A stretch of 64,000 nt of DNA, from the IMG/VR virus record IMGVR_UViG_3300020045_011964. One strand, 5' to 3'. The stretch's first letter is position 1, and each line of letters opens with the position of its first letter. The translations under genes were made by a program, and so were the position numbers. Source of the stretch: an uncultured virus (IMG/VR IMGVR_UViG_3300020045_011964) (lineage: Duplodnaviria; Heunggongvirae; Uroviricota; Caudoviricetes). Shown here piece by piece: positions 45,985 to 56,050 of the stretch. The notes beneath the pieces were generated by a model. The model was given only the letters and a program-made list of their open reading frames with translations, had not been told where the DNA came from and made no database searches.

Positions 45985-48236
45985 TAGACCGACCTCCTAA
46001 TAATAATTTCTACGCCCACAAGGTAGCAACTGTCGGCGATTGTATCATCTGCATCTGCGCTGTTTCTTGAAATCTTGATATTACAATGACCACCCGCTAC
46101 TGCACCTGTGGTTGTTACGGAAGCAATTTCAGCCTCTTTTAAGTCGTTGGCATTTGCCGCCGCCTGAATAACCGTGTTAGCAGTATTGTAAGTCTGGTCG
46201 TCGGTCATATTGGCATTTGAGACATCCGTAAAAGAGGTCTGCAAATTCCACTCGACAGAACCCGATGTAGCTGGCGAGTACCAAAGTATCTTAGCGGTAA
46301 TAATGCCCGTCCAGTCTGACGGCAGTTTGAAGTGAGTTTGCGCCGAAGTCGTTCCCGAATTCGGGAAGTCTAAAACCGCTTTATGAACATTACTACCCGA
46401 AACAATAGTCGGTGTCGGTGCGTTGGCGGCAGGTAAATCCCAAAAAGTAAGCGCGTCCGAACCATAGACACCGGCAGCGGGAAACCATAAAATTTCTGAC
46501 ATTGTTCCTCCACTTGGCGGAGTATAGCTTCCGCCTCTCCCGCCTGCTAAAAATACCAATTTACCGCCGACATTAGCCGCACCGCAGACAATCATATCCC
46601 TGTCGGGTTTAGTGATTTCGATAAGGGGGCCAAAGACTCCGTATCTCAGATAAAGCGGTAAAGCTAAAGACACCCACCACCCATCAGCGTTGCGTTCGGC
46701 GGCTGAATAGATAAATAAAGCAATCTCATTCTGACGGTCAAGAACGGCGTGAACATAGCCTGCCGACCAATCACGGGTAATATCTTCGACACTTGCCGCA
46801 AATGCGAACTGTTCCGAACCCTTATCGCCGGTGGCTAAACTCCGTGTCACACCTTTGGACGTAAAAGCGTATAAAAAATCATTGATTAAAACCAATCCGA
46901 AAGGTGAATGAAAGCCCGTCTCCCAAAACGGCGTAGTTGTGACAGGATAATCAGATTGTCCGGTCGGAGACGCAAACGGCAGATTTACCCTTGTCATCAA
47001 AAAAAGGCGTCCGACACCCGGCACAAATCCGATGATTTGGTCGGGCGGAGACAAAGGAACGGCAATATTGGCAGGGAAGGCATCCCGGTTTGCCCGTTTG
47101 CCCGGACTAATAAACGGACCCGGACTTGAACCGTCCTGATTGGCATTGGTCTTATCGCCGTAGCAGGAAATCAGAACCGGATCACCTGACAGAAATGATA
47201 ACCAATCGGCATCAGGCGGCGGATCGTTGTCAAAAGAAATCTCTACTCCAAGCTCGCCGTCCAGCACATCGAGATATAAAATATCGCCGACATCCAGATC
47301 AGCGATTTGCACCCGTGTAGCTAAATACCAACTGCCCTCTGCCGCCTGAGTCGGATTGATAGTTGCGTCCGAATAAAGTGAGCGATAAACAATGATGGAA
47401 TCCGCGTTGGAAGGCTTATTGGCGATTGCGCTTGTAAAATCAATCTGAAAACGCTGATTGTTGGCGGTAATTTGAATAAGTGCGCCAAGACCGTCAAATT
47501 TGACTACTTCCGAAGGGTTGCCGAAACCATAGGCAGTATCAAAGTTTGCCCACGCAAAACGGAATGAGTAGTATCCTTGACTGATGTTCTTTGTTCCGCC
47601 TGACGTGACATTGACTGTTACGCCTTCCGGTGCGAGAGAATAACCAATACTCTCAATCCGGTAGGTCGAATCCGCCGATTGAAATAAAGCAATTTGGAGT
47701 TGCCGGGTTGCGAGCAGAGATTCACCTGTCAGTTCCGCACCGTCAATTCTCAGTCGCCCTTCCCCGACCGCTAAGATATGCCCCTTATCCATCTTCCGGG
47801 CATTTCCCCAAATCATTGAACCGAGTTTGTTGTCAATTTCAAAAGCAATCGGCAGTTTGTAACCTGTTTCGCCTGATTCAGTTTCATCCGGCGCACGTTG
47901 CGAGATAAATTCAGTATTGGAGTTGATATTACCGACCACAAAGACCTGACTTCCGACCAGAATTTTCATTCCGAATCTCAGTTCATCTTTGAATAATGTT
48001 CCCGAACCCGTGATGGTAGTTGAACCCGAAGTGTAGCTCATTGTTCCGGTCATTAATTTTATAGGAATAGGCTGATTGAGATTGCGAATTCCCTTGAAAC
48101 ACTCAAAGTAGTGCGAGCCATCGCTGCCACGCAGCATCATATTTCTGCCGCGAAGGACGGTCGGCGCATCGTTGCCGGTAAACGAAGCACTCGGCACATA
48201 ATTTGCACCCCCGAATTTTACCAAATCTGCCATCAA
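45984..48236 (-). CDS. Tail nozzle/stabilisation-like protein with a fused C-terminal jelly-roll-like domain
   Basis: Large beta-rich protein upstream of ejection genes; last ~170 aa resemble the DFDATTDES domain of 49794 and 54608. Confidence 0.55.
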   Translation of the reverse strand: MMADLVKFGGANYVPSASFTGNDAPTVLRGRNMMLRGSDGSHYFECFKGIRNLNQPIPIKLMTGTMSYTSGSTTITGSGTLFKDELRFGMKILVGSQVFVVGNINSNTEFISQRAPDETESGETGYKLPIAFEIDNKLGSMIWGNARKMDKGHILAVGEGRLRIDGAELTGESLLATRQLQIALFQSADSTYRIESIGYSLAPEGVTVNVTSGGTKNISQGYYSFRFAWANFDTAYGFGNPSEVVKFDGLGALIQITANNQRFQIDFTSAIANKPSNADSIIVYRSLYSDATINPTQAAEGSWYLATRVQIADLDVGDILYLDVLDGELGVEISFDNDPPPDADWLSFLSGDPVLISCYGDKTNANQDGSSPGPFISPGKRANRDAFPANIAVPLSPPDQIIGFVPGVGRLFLMTRVNLPFASPTGQSDYPVTTTPFWETGFHSPFGLVLINDFLYAFTSKGVTRSLATGDKGSEQFAFAASVEDITRDWSAGYVHAVLDRQNEIALFIYSAAERNADGWWVSLALPLYLRYGVFGPLIEITKPDRDMIVCGAANVGGKLVFLAGGRGGSYTPPSGGTMSEILWFPAAGVYGSDALTFWDLPAANAPTPTIVSGSNVHKAVLDFPNSGTTSAQTHFKLPSDWTGIITAKILWYSPATSGSVEWNLQTSFTDVSNANMTDDQTYNTANTVIQAAANANDLKEAEIASVTTTGAVAGGHCNIKISRNSADADDTIADSCYLVGVEIIIRRSV

Positions 48237-48576
48237 TTATCCTTTAATTCACTTAGTTCATTATTCCAATTAACTATCTGTCCAACCGCAAAACATAGAC
48301 CTTCATTGATAAAAAATACAGGGTGTCCAAGATAAACTTTGAAAACGTCTGAATATGTTATATCTATCGTTTCAGTCTTGACCGTAAAAAACACTTGTTC
48401 GTTTAATTTCGGTAGTTCCATATTTTCTAAAATGGAGCGGATTGTGAACCCCCCGGCACTCAACCCGCCCGTTTAGCCATCGCCTGATGGTCAATATCTA
48501 AAATTAACTATTAATACCAACATTCCGATAACGGTTATCAGAATAATTTCAATTAAATCTTTTACTTTTCTAAGCA

Positions 48577-49794
48577 TTATTCCTGAAACTCTGCTTCCAG
48601 CATCGCACAATCAAAATACTGATCTGGAGCGGCATCTGTCGAATAACCGAACCGATGACGTAAATTATTGAATCTTGCTATATCCCACGCAAGAGAATCA
48701 GCGGGCATCACCGCATAATGTTTTCTAAAGTGGCGTGGAGTTGTTTGTCCTGCTCCGGCAACTGAGCCAATCGTATCCTCAGTGCCATTGTCATTTATTT
48801 TGCAGACAGAAGCACCAATGCTTGTGCTTTGTTGGTGAACTGCGCTTAATACTTCGACAGTTCGGGGAGCGACTGTTGGAGTCGAAACGCCGGGAGCCGG
48901 GCCGAAAATGTGCTCGACGTAATTCGCCGCCCCAATAGCCGCCTGATTTATATAATCATCTGTTCCGGGCGTGTCATCCTCATACGGCACATCATCAACA
49001 AGTAAATAAGAATCGGTGGTCGCGTCCGTGATGTTCGCCCCGGCCGCTCCAACAATAAAAGTTCCTGCCGTTCCGGTATTGTGCGTTCCGTCTGCTGTCG
49101 GAACAAAATGGTCAATCCGTCCTGCACCAATTGGATAGTCCACCGCCGTATGACTTAAAGCAAAATCATCGTAAAAAATATCGGCAGTAATGGTTTCTGC
49201 TCCAGTTCCAAACGAAAAACTGCCCGCCCCACCCGCTTGAGTTGATGTGTGTTGGCCGAGCGCGACTCCGTCAACCTGTGCATCAACAACTTTTGCTCCG
49301 GTTGTTTGATCCATTTTAAGATCAATCAAATACCAAACACCTGTTGTTACGCCTACCCCCGTCGCACCAAAAGTTACGGTTGAACCTGTCGCGCAGTATA
49401 ATTTACTGTCGGATTGCTTGAAGCCGATGCCGATTCTAACAGTAGATGAAGCCAGGCCGACGCCGGCAATATAAGTATCAGCGTCGGGAAGTGTGGCGAA
49501 ACGGATATAAAATCTGGCGACAACATTGGTCGAAGCGCTAATTAAACAGGCTATTCGTGTTGCGGCGGCGGCCGGATTGAGTCTTAACGAATAGCCTCCG
49601 GTGCGAACCGTCGAGGTTGACATACTGAAACCTGTCGTCACTGGCCAGTGTGCCAGATTCGGGGCAGGATTTACATACAGATTTGAACACTCAAAACCGC
49701 AACAAAAAACACCGGTGAAAGGATTAGGCACGAAAGGCACTCCGCCTCCTCGCTTCTTATTGAACCCGTATAATTGATTTACTCTTAGTGCCAT
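48577..49794 (-). CDS. Lectin/LamG-like receptor-binding protein
   Basis: GFE...RTG.YSLR...RFYIRF...WY.I.L...VDG...YDD pattern. Confidence 0.55.
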   Translation of the reverse strand: MALRVNQLYGFNKKRGGGVPFVPNPFTGVFCCGFECSNLYVNPAPNLAHWPVTTGFSMSTSTVRTGGYSLRLNPAAAATRIACLISASTNVVARFYIRFATLPDADTYIAGVGLASSTVRIGIGFKQSDSKLYCATGSTVTFGATGVGVTTGVWYLIDLKMDQTTGAKVVDAQVDGVALGQHTSTQAGGAGSFSFGTGAETITADIFYDDFALSHTAVDYPIGAGRIDHFVPTADGTHNTGTAGTFIVGAAGANITDATTDSYLLVDDVPYEDDTPGTDDYINQAAIGAANYVEHIFGPAPGVSTPTVAPRTVEVLSAVHQQSTSIGASVCKINDNGTEDTIGSVAGAGQTTPRHFRKHYAVMPADSLAWDIARFNNLRHRFGYSTDAAPDQYFDCAMLEAEFQE

Positions 49795-51470
49795 TATGCG
49801 TCCGTAATAGTGTTCGTGTTGTAGAACAGTTTAATGCCAATCAGTCTTGCATCTTCGGTTGCCGTATCTGCCGCATCCGAAATATCTCTAAAAAATCTGA
49901 AAAAGCAAATATCTCCCGCCGCCGGACTTCCCGCAATGGTTAGTGCCGCGCTTTCAGCCGTAATATAAACCTCACCCGCCGCAGACTGACAGGCATCGGT
50001 AACGACTATCGGTGTTCCAAATGCCGCGTCAATTGCTTCATTGTCGCCGTATGAACCCGCTTCCAACGCCCAAGCTACCCCATCAGTGTCAGTTGCGGTT
50101 GACGACCACCAAACCTGATAGGTAATTGTTCCCTCATCCCAACCCTTCGGCATTGCGATCTGAAAATGCGCGGACTCATCAGTTGTCGCGTCAAAGTCCA
50201 GAACCGAATAGTTTTGTTTGTTAGTAGCGGTTTCAAGTTGCGCCGAAGCCGCCCCATTTGTCGTTGCCGCAATCATCGAACTTGCCGGAATAAAGATGGT
50301 TTCGCGCTTTGTTCCTATCAAAGTTTTGATATTCGCCCACGTCAGTTTATTCCAGACCGCTTCCGAACCGTCATAAAAGTAGAAAATATCAGCATCGTCA
50401 GGCGAAGCGTCAGTTGTGTATTGGGCGGTGTCTTGTCTTAAGTAGCGGGCATCTGCCGTGTCCTGATTTAACCCTGTAATTTGGTTGTAGTTAATAGCGG
50501 TTGTCGCGGTTTGCAGAGAAATATCGTCAATATAAAAACCTATCGCCCCGCCAATATCAGTAATTCTTAACTGATTAACGAGCTGTCCGACCGCCAATCC
50601 AAATTGAACAATCGGAATTGCAATCAATTGATACCCTGCTATTTGTGCCGGATTGGAATTAAATCCCCAATACCCGTCATCAATAGTGATGGCATTGCCT
50701 TTGGAGACTCCGGCTAAAAACCATTGCAGTCTCAAAACCCGGTTGTTTGCCCACGTTGCCTTTGATTTAATAAAAAGAAAAAGCGAACCGTAACTGTCCA
50801 ATGCCTGAGAACTAGCCCGTTCAAGCTGCAAATAAGCGTTAGCCGCCATATTTGTGCCTTCAATGTTTTTTGTGCCTGTTCGCGGATCAGCAGTTGAATT
50901 GGCGACAATTCCAGAACCCGAAGTTGAAGATGTGTAATCCGAACCGTTATTTTCGGCATAGACCACTTCATTACTGACTCCCGCCGGTGTGGTTGCGCCT
51001 GCCGCAACCAACACAAGAGCAATTTTGATTTGAGTGCTTGGATCAATCGAAGGTTCTGACGGATCGGCAGCGGGTGTTCCCGTCACCTTATCAAGCGTAT
51101 TGGAAGTATTAAGAACAATAACGTCAAAGCGCGGATTACTGCCGTCGGCCGCAGATAACGTAACTGTTTGCTCCGCACAGGTATAGCGGACTCCGTTGAT
51201 ATAATACGTTCCCGCCGATATTCTGAATATCAGACCTGAAATCCAGACTAATTGACAACCCTCTGCCGGCCCCGATTGCGGACCTTCTTGTTCCTGAGAT
51301 GCGGCAACCGCATCGAGAACAAATGCTTCGGTCGCAAAGTTCAGTTCGGGGTCTGTGCCGCCCACTTCCAGAACATCGCCATTTATGACCATTCCGCCCG
51401 GTGCGTCAACAATAAGCTGGTCATTCTCGCATCGTGCCGAAGCATCGCTCGATTTTATTTGTCTGCCCAT
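49794..51470 (-). CDS. Tail fibre/spike protein
   Basis: AG.YYING...L..AD..NPR.D.IV; C-terminal domain closely paralogous to 54608-55261. Confidence 0.7.
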   Translation of the reverse strand: MGRQIKSSDASARCENDQLIVDAPGGMVINGDVLEVGGTDPELNFATEAFVLDAVAASQEQEGPQSGPAEGCQLVWISGLIFRISAGTYYINGVRYTCAEQTVTLSAADGSNPRFDVIVLNTSNTLDKVTGTPAADPSEPSIDPSTQIKIALVLVAAGATTPAGVSNEVVYAENNGSDYTSSTSGSGIVANSTADPRTGTKNIEGTNMAANAYLQLERASSQALDSYGSLFLFIKSKATWANNRVLRLQWFLAGVSKGNAITIDDGYWGFNSNPAQIAGYQLIAIPIVQFGLAVGQLVNQLRITDIGGAIGFYIDDISLQTATTAINYNQITGLNQDTADARYLRQDTAQYTTDASPDDADIFYFYDGSEAVWNKLTWANIKTLIGTKRETIFIPASSMIAATTNGAASAQLETATNKQNYSVLDFDATTDESAHFQIAMPKGWDEGTITYQVWWSSTATDTDGVAWALEAGSYGDNEAIDAAFGTPIVVTDACQSAAGEVYITAESAALTIAGSPAAGDICFFRFFRDISDAADTATEDARLIGIKLFYNTNTITDA

Positions 51471-51579
51471 AATATCTCCGAACCTACTCACTTATCAGCA
51501 ATTCAAGTTGACAAAGTATTTCTTCAAAGACGGAAATGTTAAAAATCTTGAAGTCTAAATCTACTTTTATTTCAATCAT

Positions 51580-52055
51580 TTATGCTTTTGCCGTTTTACT
51601 TTCCGCCTTGTTTTCAGCTTCAATTACTTCTAGTAGTTTCTTTTCTTCCTCTGCATTTGCATTGAATTTATCTTGAACCTCTTTCATTAAATTATTGTGA
51701 TTGTTTTGCGCTGTCTGCATTTCACGGATTTGCATAAACCAATCGGCGTATAATTTTGTTAATTGCTCTTTTGCTGTCATATTTAACTAATAACCTCCGG
51801 TGTTGGTAATGTTGCCTGATTCTCTTTAGCGTTTTGCGCTCGGTAGATACTTTGTATGATGTCGAATATCCTATCCACTGTAAAAACGCCTCTGTTGGTA
51901 GGGGTATCAGTTCCTCCACCTTCCAGATAAGCATTCCATTCAGCCGGATATTCCGCTACGAATCTGTTAATTAACTTAGTTGTGGTTGTAGCATCCAGGT
52001 TAGCCTGTAATGCTGTCCGAAAATCTGTTTTTAGTTGTGTCAAATTGTTTGCCAT
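51580..52055 (-). other. Two small fibre-associated genes (51580-51780, 51783-52055)
   Basis: Small helical ORFs immediately after a fibre gene; chaperone-like position. Confidence 0.55.
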
Positions 52056-52056
52056 A

Positions 52057-53139
52057 TTATATTCCTACCCATCCACTTCCATTATAAAAAACTACGCATT
52101 TTACTGACCCGCCTCCTGTTGGTGCTGTTCCTTTGGCGGCTGGGGTAGTTAATTGGTCAGTAACGTAAGCCATATCCCCTTCTACTCCTGAAGGCAGACC
52201 AGCTACTGTATAACTTTTCAACCTTGCTACACTACTGAAAACAACTCCACCTGTTCCTTTTGGTGTCAAGATAATATTGATATTAGTATCGCCACCAGTA
52301 GCTGAAATGATTGGAGCATTGCCTGTGCTATTGTTGCTAATAGTAATGTCGTTGACAGCAGAAGCTACTGAAGAAAACTTTAGAACTTCATTACCATTTT
52401 CATCGTATAAATTTCTACTTCCAGACGTGTTAAAAGTTATACCGCTTGTGGTGATATAAACTCCGTTGAAATAGCATCTTGCATTACTGGCAATAGAAAT
52501 TCCCTCAGAAAATAATGGTGCATACTTTAATACAGACCCATTTGGCCCGCTATAAATTATATGGTCAAAATTTCCTACTGCTGTTAGAAATGAAAGAGAA
52601 CCACTTTCTATAAAAGTTCTCTCAATTGTTCCTAAAGGTATAATAGAACCACTTCCTTTAGGAGTTAATATTATATCAATATCAGTGTCACCACCGGTAG
52701 CTGAAATGATAGGTGCAGAACCCGTAGCATTATTGCTGATACTTATTTCATTAACAGCAGAAGCTACTTTAACAAACTTTAATAATTCATTAGACGAAGT
52801 ATCAAGAATTGGGTTTGATTCGTCATAGCTAGAACCATCACCTAACGCCACATTCGCGCCATTAATTCTTGCTGTCAGTTCATTGGCAGTCGAGTCATAC
52901 CATAAATCCCCATTACTTGGTGTATCGGGATCGCCTGCAAATGAACCGACATTAAGCCCGGCGGCATTGGCTCCCGGATTAAATGTTTGTCGCGTATTGT
53001 CGGGAAAACTAATTGCCCCACTAATAATGGGCGTAGTCAATGTCGGGCTGGTTAAAGCAAGTGACCCACTAATATTAACCGCATTGCCTTCGCACCTGAC
53101 ATACGCATTTCCGCTCTTTATCTGCCGCCCTAATCCCAT
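52057..53139 (-). CDS. Tail fibre protein with duplicated ~55-aa module
   Basis: NE.LKF..VASAVN.I.ISNN.TG.APIISATGGDT.I.IILTPKG.G twice; C-terminal YTVAGLP..G..AYVTD...YNG..W. Confidence 0.75.
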   Translation of the reverse strand: MGLGRQIKSGNAYVRCEGNAVNISGSLALTSPTLTTPIISGAISFPDNTRQTFNPGANAAGLNVGSFAGDPDTPSNGDLWYDSTANELTARINGANVALGDGSSYDESNPILDTSSNELLKFVKVASAVNEISISNNATGSAPIISATGGDTDIDIILTPKGSGSIIPLGTIERTFIESGSLSFLTAVGNFDHIIYSGPNGSVLKYAPLFSEGISIASNARCYFNGVYITTSGITFNTSGSRNLYDENGNEVLKFSSVASAVNDITISNNSTGNAPIISATGGDTNINIILTPKGTGGVVFSSVARLKSYTVAGLPSGVEGDMAYVTDQLTTPAAKGTAPTGGGSVKCVVFYNGSGWVGI

Positions 53140-53156
53140 TTGTAACCTCCAAGCCT

Positions 53157-53786
53157 CTAACCGTTAAATCCCACTTCGCCTCTTAAAGCACTTGCTAAAA
53201 GCGCAATTATTCTGTCTCTTAAATCATCCGACATATCAATCCCCGTGTTTGCGTCCTGCGGAATTTCGGGCAAACCCGGTGCGAACAAATCAATGGTCGT
53301 TGCTCCCGCCGATGGTGATGTCGTATAAAATGTATCGTTGTGAATTGCCCAATACGTCACTAAATTTGTAAATTTCTGCCGTCTGAAATCAAGGAAGTTC
53401 GGACTTCTCGAACTGTATTTGAAATCAGGCAGATAAGCGCAATCCAGATAGTCGGTCAATACTTCCTGCGGCAGGATACCCGAAAACCACTCGTTACCTT
53501 CCGTCAAACGAATACTGAAAATCCTTCCGACATCCTGCAAACTTCCTTCCCCAATCATCTGCTCACAGGCAAGACGAACCGCCAACGGGAACAAATCTTC
53601 GGCGGTCATCTCACTGTCGGCAACAATCGAGTTTTGAACGTCAGAATTGATGCCAGAACTTAGCTGACAACTTGCGTCAATAATTTGTTGTTTCGTAAGT
53701 AGGCCTTGCTCAAGAAGAAGATAGCCATTCCCATTTTCTAAGAGAAAAAAACCTTGTCCGTTTTCAAGTTCAAAAAAATTAGACAT
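53157..53786 (-). CDS. Adaptor-like virion protein with N-terminal LExG repeats
   Basis: FFELENGQGFFLLENGNGYLLLEQG, then helix-beta-helix architecture. Confidence 0.5.
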   Translation of the reverse strand: MSNFFELENGQGFFLLENGNGYLLLEQGLLTKQQIIDASCQLSSGINSDVQNSIVADSEMTAEDLFPLAVRLACEQMIGEGSLQDVGRIFSIRLTEGNEWFSGILPQEVLTDYLDCAYLPDFKYSSRSPNFLDFRRQKFTNLVTYWAIHNDTFYTTSPSAGATTIDLFAPGLPEIPQDANTGIDMSDDLRDRIIALLASALRGEVGFNG

Positions 53787-54513
53787 CGTTCTCCTCCTCT
53801 AAAATTACACTTTTCCACGCTTTGCCTGTGTTAATAGCTGACACTCGTTTATCCGTAATTCCTATTTCAACAGCAATTCGTGGTTGTGGGATGCCGTCAC
53901 GCAACATTTGTTTTATTTTTTTTACTTGTTTATTGGTAAGTTTCGCATACGAACATTTGTCACCTACGGGCTTTCGTCCTCTTTCTATGCAATCATTAAT
54001 ATTGTCTTTCTGTGTTCCTTCTCGTAAATGTTTAGGATTAACACATATTGGATTATCGCAAGAATGAAGCAAAAACATTTGTGGCTCTATTCCTTTTACG
54101 AGCAACCAAGCAAAACGATGTGCGTAATACCGTTTGTTATTTCGTTGTATTTTCCCGTAGCCTTTTTCATTTACACAACCTTGCCACTCCCAACATCTTT
54201 CATCATCAGCAGTAAGTTTGACTTTTGACCAAAATTTTTCTTCTGATGTGCTACCTTTTCCAAATCGAGGATGAAGGTAAAGTGGATCACCATATCGTAT
54301 AAACAAACGGTAATGCTTATTACAATAACCTTTACTTATCGTTTTTAATTCACAAGTTTCTATCAAACAAATTGGGTTTGAAAATGTTACTTTTAACGCA
54401 AAGGGGTCTTTCCAAAGATAATGTCTGCGACAAAAGGTTTTTGCATAATGACGATTATTACAGTCAGAAATTGAACAAAACCGCGCAGGCTTGTTAGTAT
54501 ATTGATTAGCCAT
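53779..54513 (-). CDS. HNH homing endonuclease (sense-oriented)
   Basis: Two C...C...C..HY motifs; FWSKV...CWEWQG...GYG...AHRFAW...LHSCDNP.CVNP.HL.EGT..DN. Confidence 0.92.
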   Translation of the reverse strand: MANQYTNKPARFCSISDCNNRHYAKTFCRRHYLWKDPFALKVTFSNPICLIETCELKTISKGYCNKHYRLFIRYGDPLYLHPRFGKGSTSEEKFWSKVKLTADDERCWEWQGCVNEKGYGKIQRNNKRYYAHRFAWLLVKGIEPQMFLLHSCDNPICVNPKHLREGTQKDNINDCIERGRKPVGDKCSYAKLTNKQVKKIKQMLRDGIPQPRIAVEIGITDKRVSAINTGKAWKSVILEEENDV

Positions 54514-54600
54514 ATATTTACTCCTATTTAGTAGATTTTGGTTAGGAATAAACAGGTGCGGAAACACCTTGTTTATTCCGTTTTTGTTATACATTAAATC
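54514..54600 (-). promoter_or_regulatory. HNH cassette promoter/leader (copy 3)
   Basis: AAAACGGAATAAACA-hairpin-TGTTTATTCCTAACC...; 54515-54546 is 31/32 identical to 41116-41147. Confidence 0.7.
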
Positions 54601-54607
54601 TTGCATA

Positions 54608-55261
54608 TTAAGCGTCTGTTACCGCATCACTTGTCCAAAATATCTTAATTCCAATTAAACGGCTATCTTCTGACATATCGTCATTTCCGTCTGATACGTC
54701 TCTAAACAATCGGAAAAAGCATAAATCCCCGACTGCCGGTGAACCCGCTATCGTTACGGCTGATGACTCCGAAGTGATATACACTTCGCCCGCCGCCGAT
54801 TGAGCATCATCGGTGACAACTACCGGTGTTCCGAAAGCGGTATCAATCGCTTCGTTATCAGATAATGCTCCCGCTTCCAATGCCCAGGCTACCCCGTCTG
54901 TATCCGTCGCGGTTGAACTCCAATAAACCTGAAAGGTTATTGTGCCTTTATTCCACCTCTTGGGTAATGCCCATTGAAAATGAACGCTCTCATCGGTCGT
55001 CGCGTCAAAGTCATAGACCTTGTAGTTGACCTTATTGGTTGTGCTTTCCAATGTTCCGACCGCCGCGCCGTTGGTCGTTGCCGGAACAAAATGCGGAAAA
55101 TAGAACCACTCCTGCTGTTTTCCGACACTTTGCGTTTTAACGTAATCGGAAATCTGCGAGCCTGTCGCTTTTTTAGAAGTTCCGCTTTCATTAACCGCAA
55201 ACTCGTTAGTTCCCGCTACCGATGCTACTGCTGTCAAATCCGAGATTTTGCTGTCTGCCAA
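54608..55261 (-). CDS. Short fibre/hub protein (MADSKISDL N-terminus + DFDATTDES domain)
   Basis: TTG start with GGAAGGTG RBS; paralog of the C-terminus of 49794. Confidence 0.7.
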   Translation of the reverse strand: MADSKISDLTAVASVAGTNEFAVNESGTSKKATGSQISDYVKTQSVGKQQEWFYFPHFVPATTNGAAVGTLESTTNKVNYKVYDFDATTDESVHFQWALPKRWNKGTITFQVYWSSTATDTDGVAWALEAGALSDNEAIDTAFGTPVVVTDDAQSAAGEVYITSESSAVTIAGSPAVGDLCFFRLFRDVSDGNDDMSEDSRLIGIKIFWTSDAVTDA

Positions 55262-55327
55262 AATACACCTTCCTTTTCAACGACTTAGCGTTGATTTGTA
55301 TAAAAATATAATAACTGTCAAATAAAA

Positions 55328-56050
55328 CTAATCCGCCGCCGCGTTAGCCGAACTCTGATTGGACGGCAATGACGGAAGAGTTGTTTCCCTCATCTTCAAA
55401 CGATTGATACAGGTATCAACAAAACCGCCGTAAAAAGACGCTTCGGGAATAAACCACCCTTCCTGTGCTAAAAACTGTAAAGTTCTTGCCACCCACAAAC
55501 TTTCAACCGAAATCGGTAACGGCGATAAATCCGATGAACTGAATCTCGCCAATGCCGCCGTCCTTGAAAATACACATCCTTCCAAATAAACATTTGTCCG
55601 CGTATGATAAATCCGCCCGTTGAACATCTTGTATTTACGGATGTCGGTTGTGTAACGGCTCGCCCCGCGTCTCAAATACCTCCATATTTCCTGTATCGCG
55701 CCTTCGGTGACGGGCAAATGGTCGGTTGCATCATTAACTCCTGAGAACATTCCAATAAACTCGATATTCCCGTTTGAAACCGACGGGATTAAATCCTCGC
55801 TGGCAAGGTCGCTTGAACGTCCGTAAAGTGCCGCTCTGTAAGGATGATTGCGGTCATTGGCTATCAGTTCGGCAATTTCCGCTTCAACCGCGATAACAGC
55901 ATCAACTAACCCAGACGCCGGAACCTGCTTGCCGTCTAAATCCGTGTATCCGGTCGTGTAGCTCGCTTCCAACTCGGATTGATTGTCACCTTCGAGTTGA
56001 AGGCTTCTGACTGCGACCTGAACGGCCACCCTCTTAGGCGAAATACTCAT
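55328..56050 (-). CDS. Head-tail adaptor-like protein
   Basis: Size, position and LP......V...L C-terminal helix pattern. Confidence 0.45.
   Translation of the reverse strand: MSISPKRVAVQVAVRSLQLEGDNQSELEASYTTGYTDLDGKQVPASGLVDAVIAVEAEIAELIANDRNHPYRAALYGRSSDLASEDLIPSVSNGNIEFIGMFSGVNDATDHLPVTEGAIQEIWRYLRRGASRYTTDIRKYKMFNGRIYHTRTNVYLEGCVFSRTAALARFSSSDLSPLPISVESLWVARTLQFLAQEGWFIPEASFYGGFVDTCINRLKMRETTLPSLPSNQSSANAAAD

Noticed and set aside
49794..55090. Diversity-generating retroelement TR/VR pair
   Set aside because: The duplicated domain differs largely at synonymous positions of all base types, both copies are coding, and no reverse transcriptase is present
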